Virus record (IMG/VR): IMGVR_UViG_3300039106_000621
Span: 1-33,125 of that record
Direction: 5' to 3' (one strand)
Length of the DNA stretch: 33,125 nucleotides
Source of the DNA: a virus
Lineage: Duplodnaviria; Caudoviricetes
Position numbers and translations under genes: made by a program
Part shown: positions 26,701-33,125 of the stretch, piece by piece
Layout: each line of letters starts with the position of its first letter
How positions within the stretch are numbered: position 1 is the stretch's first letter
The notes under the pieces: generated by a model
Database searches by the model: none
What the model was told of the DNA's origin: nothing
The model's input: the letters and a program-made list of their open reading frames with translations, nothing else

Positions 26701-29700
26701 ATGATATTCGATTCAGCAAAACAGCTAAAAAGGTTTTAGATGAAAACCCATTGGCTATTATTCACAATCTCAGCTTAAGTAATTTGACCCATGCTGACAA
26801 AATGGGCGGTATCGCTGTACCTAGTGTGGCAGTTATTAATCAAAAGCATCCATTGAGTGGCTTTGGTGAAATTACTTTAATTGGGGATACCTCACAATTT
26901 GCGCCAGAAGTAAATGCTAAAAATAAATACTTTAATGCAGATGTGTATTCTCCACGTTATCCCCAAGTAACTTATGTTGTTGATTCCAAAACACTTAATA
27001 GTGCAAATGAATCGTTATCAGACGATACTAAAGAATTGGCAAAAGCAATTGGCTATAGAGGTTTAATTAACGCATCGTCTATTGAAGATAGAGGAGTGTT
27101 AAAAGGATTGCAAGATAGCGTGACTTTAAAATATGAGTTTTTAAAGTCAATCGGCAAAGCGCCTAAAATGCAATATAGACCCAACAAAACTCCACCTGCT
27201 AGTATGAAGAAATTTATTTCTTCAAAAGTTGATGCAATGGAATTGGAAAACGATACTGCGTTTGTGCAAGCAGTCGTTGATATTTCAAATGAATCTATTC
27301 GAGTTAGAAATGAGCGTTTAAATCAAAACCGCAAATACATTGCAGTCGATAGTCAAGAAGCGTTAAACCTAGCATCTGCTTATCAATATAATATTAAAGA
27401 ATTTCGAGATCAAAAAGGAGCGCAAAAATCAATTGATGAATATGCGACTTCTAAATTGATTCGTGAAAAAACCAATCAAGCTCAATACGAAAAATGGCTA
27501 GTTGAAAATTACAGTAATCTTGTATCTGACGAACGTATTTTTAATGGTTATACCAGTTCGGGTAAGCGCGTTTATTTGCCGCACAATCTCGACACAGTTG
27601 TGAAGCTGATGACTAAAACCATAAAGGGCGGTGAAAACGTTAGTTATGGGATAGGTACAATTCGCGCATATACCGCAAAACAATTTAAAACTGTTAAGCA
27701 AATACAAGATGCTCGCGGAGATATTGTTAGTGATGAAAAATTAGCGCAGTTAAAAGAAGAATTAGAATCTGAATTTAATTCTATTTCAGATGAATTAAGA
27801 CCGTATTCTGATTATTCTGATCCTAGTGCAACGGATGCATTAAGTGACCTTGTGTCAAAAGGCTTACGGGCATTTAAAGAATCTTATCAAAATGTACCTG
27901 AAGAAACGATGACTAAAGTGTATAGTTTCTTAGATAAACTCAAAAATATGCCTGCGCATTATTTTGAAGGGAAAATAGGACGTGCTGTTGATATTGGCGA
28001 ATTCTCCGGTGCGTTAGTTCCAAAAGGTAAAGAGTATGATGAAGCGGTTAAAATCCTAAATGCTAATGGTATTACTAAAATTAAGCGTTATACCGAAGGC
28101 GATGCACAAAGCCGCAGTGATGCGCTTTTAAACTTTAGTGATTTACTGTTTGGAAAAAATCGACAACCTGCTACCAATACTCACACCGAGCAATCTTTAA
28201 AAGAAGGTTTGACCAAAGCCGGTGACGATGCTTACGGTAAAGGCTGGACTGATAAGTTACTTAGCACAGGGATGTTTGAAATTATCTCTGACGAACAAGC
28301 ACAAGCGATTATTGAAGAATCTACCGGAACTAAATTTGCATTAGTTGGAGATCGTTCCGCAGCAAACACCCAAATTGATACAACAATGGGGGCGTATGCC
28401 GCTGTTGCTAGAAACTTATTTGCAAAAATACCAAACCTTAAAAACATATTGGATTATGGTGCGGGGAAAGGACGTGGTACGGCAAGTGTTTTTAGAGCGT
28501 TGACTAATAAGGGATTGGATGTAAATGTAAAATCTTACGAGCCCTTCCCAGAAAATTGGGCAAAATCATTAACAGACGAACCCGATTTTACAAATGCCGA
28601 TAATATTAAAGACGGTAGTCAAGATGCGGTAGTAAATCTAAACGTATTAAATGTTGTCCCAAGAGCAATTAGAGATGATATTGTAAAAAATATTGGGCGA
28701 ATTTTAAAAGATGGAGGTGTTGGGGTAATTAGTAGTCGTCGTTGGAAAGGTGATGTCGATACCATTAAACCTGCAAATTCAAAAGCGGGTGAAGAACCCA
28801 ATTCTTTTTATGTTACTCGTAAATTAAAAGGCGTTGAACAAACTAATTATCAAAAAGGCATTGAGCCAGACGAGTTAGTTGCTTATGTTCAAGAATTACT
28901 TCCAGATTTTGATGTTAGAAAAATTAACGGCTATGGTGCAAGCGCGGTAATTATTCAAAAATCTGGCGGCACGCCTATTTTAGATTCAATTTTAAAACCT
29001 GTTAAAAAAGAAAAAGTTGAAATTGGTTCTGCTGAAACAGAAGCGCTTAGAAAAGAAGCAAAAGAGTTAGGCGCAGGAGAAAGATATTCTGAATTTGGTG
29101 TCGGTAAAAAAATGGGGGATGAGGTGTATCTTCATAGAGATTATGAAGGGGTTCTCCCACAAGGCGATTTAGCGGATGCTAAAGAACGTATTGATGATTT
29201 TGAATATAACCTTATTCGTTATAATACTAAAACTGGTGCAATTGGATTTTTTAATTCGCCCGATTTTGATACTTCGCCCGAACCCATTAACGGTAATTTA
29301 ATTGTAGTTGAACCAGACGGGACAATACGGACGGTAGATTTAAATAAAAACCCAGATAAACAGGCTATCTATCACCATAAATGGGAATGGGTAAAGGACG
29401 ATTATGATGGTTTTGATGTTAAACAAAGTATTGAGCGATCTATTGGATGGCAAAAAGTAGTTAACCGCGAAGGTATTGATAGAAAACGTATTGGCTTTCA
29501 AGGTGTTTGGCAAAATGAAGTATTGCAACCTTTTGATATTAAGTACAGCAAAAACGGTGATATTGAAGCATTCTATAATCCTGCTAACGGTAAAACGTAT
29601 TTTGTCGCAGAGAACATTGATAAAGCAACTGATTTACATTATTTAATGATGCACGAAGTTAGTGTGCATATGCTTAAAATGGGAGCTAATGAAGCTGAAT

Positions 29701-32700
29701 TTGAAAATTTCTTAAAAGAAACTGACAACTTAGTAAAAGTTAAAAACCCAGCGGCTGTTAAGGGTAGACAAGATGCGTTAGATGCCGATACTCCAGAAGA
29801 AGATTTGCGCGAAGAAACACTTGCCTATTTAATTAAATATGCGCCCAAACTCAAAATTGTTCAAAGATTCAAAGCATGGCTCAAAAATGCACTTCGCAAT
29901 ATGAGTAAACTATTCCCTGCTTCACAAAAGCTAGGATTCATTCAATGGGCAAATAACCTAAGTGACCAAGATTTACTTTACATTGCTGAAGCGACATTGC
30001 GTAAAGCACCAGAGATGTTGGTTGCGCAACGACAAGATACTGGGAATGTAAAATTCAGCCTTGCTCAAAACGAAGAAAACCTTTTCAATTTACCTGCTGA
30101 AACTAAATTCCAATTTATGCGCAAATGGATTCAAGATGATTTATTGAGAATCCGCGTTGTAATGGATAAGATTAGAGAACAAGGTGGGAAAGTCGATGAA
30201 AGCAATGACGTGGTTCTTGCTATGGAAGCTGCGGGTAATATCGCAGCAAACCAATTGGAAAATCTTAAAGAGCGTTTCATTCAACCGCTAATTGATAGAA
30301 TGGCGAAAATGAATGTAAACAAAGATGAAATTGGTTTACTTCTTTATGCTAAAGGCGCTCCTAGTCGTAATGCTTACATCCAATCTATCAATCCTACATT
30401 TCGTAAATTAGGCGAAGGCGGTAGCGGTATGACTGACGCAGAGTCAGCGGCTATTATTGAAAGATATAAAGAAACAATGGGTGATAAATACCCAGAGTTT
30501 GAAAAGTTAGTTGATGATTGGCAAAACATTCAAAACATAGTTAAACGAATCTTAGTGCAATCGGGTGACATTTCACCAGAGCAAGCAGAGGCATGGGATA
30601 ATGCGTCAGATTATCATGTTCCAATGAAGGGTTTTGAAGAAGTTGACGAAATAACCGGTAAAGCAACTAAAAAATCTAGTCGTGGGAATATCGGTCAAGG
30701 TTTCTCTATATCGGGTAAATTTGATAGACGCGCATTAGGTCGGCAATCTCGTGCTAGTCAAATTGTCGAAAACATTGTGATGAATTTAGAAAGAGCGGTC
30801 ATTCGTTCTTCTAAAATGTACACACAATCAGTGCTTTACAAGTTAATTGAAGATAATCCCGATGCTAAGTTATGGGAGAATGAAGTTACTCCAATGCAAC
30901 CGGTAATGGGTAAATCCAAAGCGCAATACGTCATGTACTTCAACGGCAGTGAGATTGGTCAACGCGATACACTAAAAGATGCCCGTCGCTACGTTGAAGC
31001 AGAAACAGCGCGAACAGGTCAATCTAAACGTGAATATGAAATTATTAAAGTAGGCGGTGAACCTCAAGTTACTTTGATTAAAAAACCTTATGACCAAAAT
31101 GAAGAAATATCATATTGGCGTAATGGTAAACAAGTTCGTATTACAGTTAACGATTCGGAATTTGTTCAAGCGTTTAATAGATTAGGGGATGAGAACATTT
31201 ACTCCATGTTTAAGGTCATGGGCGCTTTTAATAGATTCTTGCGCCATGCTTATACAATTTTAAACCCTGTATTTATTATTGCCAATGGGGTGATGGTTGA
31301 TCCGGCAGTTGCTTTATATACCAACACAGCTAGAAAGGGATTTAAATACGCATCCACTGTTTTAGCTAAAACGCCTATAGCTTCTTTGCAACTTGCTAAA
31401 TACATGGCAAAAGGAACATCGGGCAATGCGCAGTGGGATAACACAATCAAATCTTACCTTGATAACGGTGGTAAATCTGGCGCAGCCTTTATTTCAAGCA
31501 TTGAGCAAAAAGCTGACGAACTTAACTTAGCAGTTTTAAAATCAAAAATGACGGATACTAAATTTTATGAATATCCACTTGATAAATTAAAACTGATGGT
31601 TGTAGATAATAAACTTGCTAACTTAATGAAATATTTAGGGGAAGTTGGTGAAACTGCAACTCGACTGTCTACATTTAAAGTTGCTGTTGATAACGGTATG
31701 ACTCCGCAGGAAGCCGCTAAAATTGCACGAAACGTAACTATTAATTTTAATCGACGAGGTATCGTTGGTCGTGAACTTGGCGCTATGTATTTGTTTTTAA
31801 ACGCATCTATCCAAGGTACTGAAAATTTAATTGATGCTACTATTCACGGAGAGCATAAAGCGCAAGCTACCGCGATACTTTCAACTTACGTTGCATTAGG
31901 TTATTTAATAGCACTACTTGGTGGAGATGATGGGGATGATGATTTGATTCCCGAAGAAGAAAAAAATAGATATGTCAGCATTGTATTGGATAAAGAAACC
32001 GGACTTCGCGTCAATTGGAAACTTGCCTACGGTTTATCGTTCTTTAAGGATGTTGGTACAGCAATCCATAGAATACAAGCAGGGGGTGATGTGGAGAAAA
32101 TTACCAATAAATTGATGTCATCTTTCTTTGGTAACTTTGCTTATGTCAATCCAATGGTGTCGGGAGAATGGGATTCTAAAGATTTAATAGCAGGTATGAT
32201 TCCTACCTTTGGGCGAATTCCTTATTCGGTTATTAATAATAGAAACCAATGGGGTAAACCTATTTATCCAGAAGATGTTTACAACACCACTGTTCCAGAT
32301 AGTGAAAAAGAATGGTCTACAACAAGAGGTACGATGTATTCCGATTTTGCTAAATGGATGAACAAAGTCACAGGCGGAACAAAAGTAGAATCTGGCTTGG
32401 TAGATATGTCTCCCGAAACAATGAAGTATTTGACAAATGCGCTTACCGGATCGGCAGGAACGCAAGTTTATAAATTTGTAAACTCTATTTACACTTCTTC
32501 AATGAATGCTGAAGAAATGGGATTACATAATTTACCTGTCGTATCGGGGTTTGTTAAAGAAAACACTATTGACTCTTATCGTAATGTTTATAACTCACAA
32601 CGCAAAGAAGCAAAAGATATTTACGATAAGTTTAAAAAGTATGAAAAATTAGGCGATGATGAAGCTACTGATAAATTTACCAGTAAACATCAACCTACGC

Positions 32701-32867
32701 TCGACTTCTACGATGAAACTAAATCAATTATCAAAGAGGTAAAAGATTTGCGAGATAAGCAAGATGAAGCGCGAGTTGAAGGCGATAAAGCATTAGTCAA
32801 AGAGCTTGAAGCCGAAGAAAAACAACTATTGATTGAATACAGTTACCAGTATAATCAACGTCAGTAG
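20712..32867 (+). CDS. Giant polyvalent internal virion protein (4051 aa): zincin HExxH motifs, ART-like domain, SAM methyltransferase, C-terminal LPD38-like domain
   Basis: PDGKEYDIEAPEGAT N-terminus; HELGH (25242); VVDENGEPLVVYHGT (~26270); LDYGAGKG and NLNVLNVV (~28450-28660); HEVSVH (29652); E.ATRL..F, NFNRRG, YLFLNASIQG, N...WG.PIY in the C-terminal region. Confidence 0.85.
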   Translation: MAIFTFAAPDGKEYDIEAPEGATQDQALDYLVSNWDTLKDMPSPSDAAKVNEPVVQETNQPVAEQPEGDKSMVGKALDWMMKPEPQKPVDTSIDNQELSTTEEAYQRAKKIAAELYNSTIEPYRKSVEDLSLSMGKGLISVPEFITGVADIASGGKVGKALEDSGVNFQEAKDWLTSRQTLEEQAAAKERESEPTFGGTVKSMAMHPLSTINAAVESIPASYVGGRIGQAVGGIKALGKASGMLGAGAGEFIVGSGQAEEGIRQQTPDGLTTPAQSASAVGAGAADAFLAGIGSVAAKKLGISDIDTLSAGTGEASKTISNLYKQVLLTMGVEGGEEISQSAAEKVIENYALDKPSLFEGVPNAAAIGLVTGATMGGGHALISELEKDKPQPEGTPIAESMLRGGLPTSEPTQPQTEPPDNEALRAYREVFSDANLNPTPPAQAVDTTAPIVDNETIAKDVINSNTLDDALQTFNNTVEANTYGHEVNMEYANKIADRFTSKKEIEIQDKDYQDSVQLENQLSTVRDELAYKKFQTAFEESNQQASKEEFDALVEQEIQDKNQQLKSVLDQQSTQRAQRFEASVPSTNTVIENEQWARTRNNRNAIIQMVFDRNLPAENIFPAIKAELKRQGFNDTQLSQDDIEAYTFLKEYPQAKVEPAPLQVIPTSVNEMDVESLIKEKPQAIQTEQLSPALSKVNEWVNNGATYKNGMLIDSKGKKFVLNKAQRDYYLMSRSSPLMQTPVAMGEGTVETRRGQEQISGVEEPNAPTAEIPVAETLITEVQTQEQLQKLMNSFQEGDVIVTDTGDRFVIEGVIKRKNGEVAAVIIPPSEEEGSKRFTLDIDGVNAFINPQGYYDQKTNERKLSGFGKVERAKPTAEMPTAEMPTAETPTAEIPVAETPTAENKKLYELTREEYAVRFPTAKESAYDDTIRNAVTLGDLTQEQADKVLIRTWSGQKEFWAKTRSELEQEKKDSTRRLVKEKAQSKKNPTYNVKWAQKSEDNSRKIAIEQNKKQYDELLAVHKERVQEALDEGKPVPKEVLADYPDLKPSVEVTNQTPVAETPIETKQQINPKIAGNLKSGDIVVDVNGKEYLAQSARQDYLEAFPIVNGKADVSKDTLVTFHLRDATKDAFKERNNTPIFTTGKNLYSETPTTETQAAETPVAETPVVETPVAEPKGTINNPILRKNGKPFTSQQGAQTHIRTNPELSKDTHTWVKLGDEKYGIVTEDQVVRKPTKPAANNLRALTGLEPIETAIGKLGGINREMANKAGFSDFKGWYFTKTSSEGFDGMALRLADRGYDVDGENDLIAKLDQSLNARLFGRGQQVYTSQGLDNDIAKMLADREDDLEQQQQDELLNTYTNEEVNAILDAQTQAEKDKLIADIKAEKKRKADLEVDTVVDEMLGKGMTTSGDLFAPERKGKATVGREVTIEGEQLANSPLELKKLYPNHWFYGNKGAQSKFDETEIDYETQYPNLESVSLINTDSNIGGFYDQVEQAIYQTSQSDRTTIHELGHAIHHQLLNYRKLTEDERATLKELILGDAEANHPYLASDKELVAEFNLYAHVFPVKAKAYAPELYKELVGGRKDVSIKLGSQDNKALTAALKQANVTIEKGYGDEEQIKPKLTQKELDDYDKYKVNRYNEDKNNVINFLDEIGAWTSNLMKESKDFLVVPIVSINKNIRFALVSKAYPAVKHGSIIFLNDDGQIAKAKSYSRIAKNLFGKEKGREIIFDDNLNSEVLSEYKNDLAFNAGLSFQSIVDKVDSLKSLSHLTTSEDRASQLKDILGDVWTKAVDKSNKSNIKFSKAKSQQRLAPNGKPSNLNAVQYEQVRTPEFKEWFGDWENDPENASKVVDENGEPLVVYHGTKQIDIESFKNVRNPKDWGDVFKQYKEEGGIPYSLYRYGFFFSPVKEIANNYTGDNTGTLYPVFVSSNNPIFVDYSKAKNKLPPYAPLGEKNTDGLIYHNNDFDKVLEIAVIDPNQVKSAIGNTGAFSKETNDIRFSKTAKKVLDENPLAIIHNLSLSNLTHADKMGGIAVPSVAVINQKHPLSGFGEITLIGDTSQFAPEVNAKNKYFNADVYSPRYPQVTYVVDSKTLNSANESLSDDTKELAKAIGYRGLINASSIEDRGVLKGLQDSVTLKYEFLKSIGKAPKMQYRPNKTPPASMKKFISSKVDAMELENDTAFVQAVVDISNESIRVRNERLNQNRKYIAVDSQEALNLASAYQYNIKEFRDQKGAQKSIDEYATSKLIREKTNQAQYEKWLVENYSNLVSDERIFNGYTSSGKRVYLPHNLDTVVKLMTKTIKGGENVSYGIGTIRAYTAKQFKTVKQIQDARGDIVSDEKLAQLKEELESEFNSISDELRPYSDYSDPSATDALSDLVSKGLRAFKESYQNVPEETMTKVYSFLDKLKNMPAHYFEGKIGRAVDIGEFSGALVPKGKEYDEAVKILNANGITKIKRYTEGDAQSRSDALLNFSDLLFGKNRQPATNTHTEQSLKEGLTKAGDDAYGKGWTDKLLSTGMFEIISDEQAQAIIEESTGTKFALVGDRSAANTQIDTTMGAYAAVARNLFAKIPNLKNILDYGAGKGRGTASVFRALTNKGLDVNVKSYEPFPENWAKSLTDEPDFTNADNIKDGSQDAVVNLNVLNVVPRAIRDDIVKNIGRILKDGGVGVISSRRWKGDVDTIKPANSKAGEEPNSFYVTRKLKGVEQTNYQKGIEPDELVAYVQELLPDFDVRKINGYGASAVIIQKSGGTPILDSILKPVKKEKVEIGSAETEALRKEAKELGAGERYSEFGVGKKMGDEVYLHRDYEGVLPQGDLADAKERIDDFEYNLIRYNTKTGAIGFFNSPDFDTSPEPINGNLIVVEPDGTIRTVDLNKNPDKQAIYHHKWEWVKDDYDGFDVKQSIERSIGWQKVVNREGIDRKRIGFQGVWQNEVLQPFDIKYSKNGDIEAFYNPANGKTYFVAENIDKATDLHYLMMHEVSVHMLKMGANEAEFENFLKETDNLVKVKNPAAVKGRQDALDADTPEEDLREETLAYLIKYAPKLKIVQRFKAWLKNALRNMSKLFPASQKLGFIQWANNLSDQDLLYIAEATLRKAPEMLVAQRQDTGNVKFSLAQNEENLFNLPAETKFQFMRKWIQDDLLRIRVVMDKIREQGGKVDESNDVVLAMEAAGNIAANQLENLKERFIQPLIDRMAKMNVNKDEIGLLLYAKGAPSRNAYIQSINPTFRKLGEGGSGMTDAESAAIIERYKETMGDKYPEFEKLVDDWQNIQNIVKRILVQSGDISPEQAEAWDNASDYHVPMKGFEEVDEITGKATKKSSRGNIGQGFSISGKFDRRALGRQSRASQIVENIVMNLERAVIRSSKMYTQSVLYKLIEDNPDAKLWENEVTPMQPVMGKSKAQYVMYFNGSEIGQRDTLKDARRYVEAETARTGQSKREYEIIKVGGEPQVTLIKKPYDQNEEISYWRNGKQVRITVNDSEFVQAFNRLGDENIYSMFKVMGAFNRFLRHAYTILNPVFIIANGVMVDPAVALYTNTARKGFKYASTVLAKTPIASLQLAKYMAKGTSGNAQWDNTIKSYLDNGGKSGAAFISSIEQKADELNLAVLKSKMTDTKFYEYPLDKLKLMVVDNKLANLMKYLGEVGETATRLSTFKVAVDNGMTPQEAAKIARNVTINFNRRGIVGRELGAMYLFLNASIQGTENLIDATIHGEHKAQATAILSTYVALGYLIALLGGDDGDDDLIPEEEKNRYVSIVLDKETGLRVNWKLAYGLSFFKDVGTAIHRIQAGGDVEKITNKLMSSFFGNFAYVNPMVSGEWDSKDLIAGMIPTFGRIPYSVINNRNQWGKPIYPEDVYNTTVPDSEKEWSTTRGTMYSDFAKWMNKVTGGTKVESGLVDMSPETMKYLTNALTGSAGTQVYKFVNSIYTSSMNAEEMGLHNLPVVSGFVKENTIDSYRNVYNSQRKEAKDIYDKFKKYEKLGDDEATDKFTSKHQPTLDFYDETKSIIKEVKDLRDKQDEARVEGDKALVKELEAEEKQLLIEYSYQYNQRQ
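23334..23423 (+). repeat. In-frame 15-bp tandem repeat x6 (PTAEM/PTAET/PVAET)
   Basis: CCAACAGCAGAAATG and variants. Confidence 0.9.
24159..24236 (+). repeat. In-frame 15-bp tandem repeat x5 (ETPVA)
   Basis: GAAACACCAGTAGCA and variants. Confidence 0.9.
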
Positions 32868-32876
32868 TAATCACTT

Positions 32877-32901
32877 GGCGCTACATACCGTAGCGCCCTT
32901 T
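32877..32901 (+). terminator. GC-rich hairpin after the giant gene (weak terminator or stabiliser)
   Basis: GGCGCTAC-ATACC-GTAGCGCC followed by CTTT. Confidence 0.55.
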
Positions 32902-32916
32902 AACTAGGAAAAGAAG

Positions 32917-33125
32917 ATGGAAGAATTAGCAGTTACAATTACACGCGATGCTCAAGGTCAATACACTGTTGAGAAAGAAAATAACCAAGAACAAATAGCT
33001 GAAGGTGGAGAAGGCGCAGCAGAAAATGGTGCCGAAGGTATGGGCGCTGGTGTTCAAAAAGCGCGTGACCTTAACGATGCTTTGAAAATTGCCAAAGGTC
33101 TTTTAGAAGGTGGGGAATCAGCAAG
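32917..33125 (+). CDS. Partial hypothetical protein (runs off the window edge)
   Basis: ATG 32917 after AGGA; MEELAVTITRDAQGQYTVEKE..., open to the end of the window. Confidence 0.65.
   Translation, partial: MEELAVTITRDAQGQYTVEKENNQEQIAEGGEGAAENGAEGMGAGVQKARDLNDALKIAKGLLEGGESA

Overview
This window is part of an AT-rich tailed dsDNA phage genome, most likely a podovirus-like phage of a Proteobacterium (inference). No capsid, terminase or integrase gene lies in the window. 1-11.2 kb (minus strand) holds a replication/recombination operon: DUF2800 Cas4-like nuclease, DUF2815 ssDNA-binding protein, family-B-type DNA polymerase, VRR-NUC nuclease and an SNF2 helicase. It is followed by many small ORFs and an orphan NrdJb. 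11.2-14.2 kb (plus strand) holds a Cro-like HTH protein, a primase-helicase and an iteron-rich putative origin. 14.2-16.6 kb (minus strand) holds small early-type genes. A Rha gene flanked by direct repeats follows, then an internal-virion/ejection operon ending in a 4051-aa polyvalent protein. The standout feature is a 303-aa intein in the SNF2 helicase. Its homing endonuclease is not in the intein frame: it is a separate HNH ORF nested in the +1 frame, with both frames open for about 209 codons. Other notable items are a ~700-nt structured non-coding region with two repeated modules showing a compensatory base change, and a 16-codon K/G micro-ORF preceded by a perfect 15-nt complement of the 16S rRNA 3' end. 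All family assignments come from motif recognition by eye, not from database searches.
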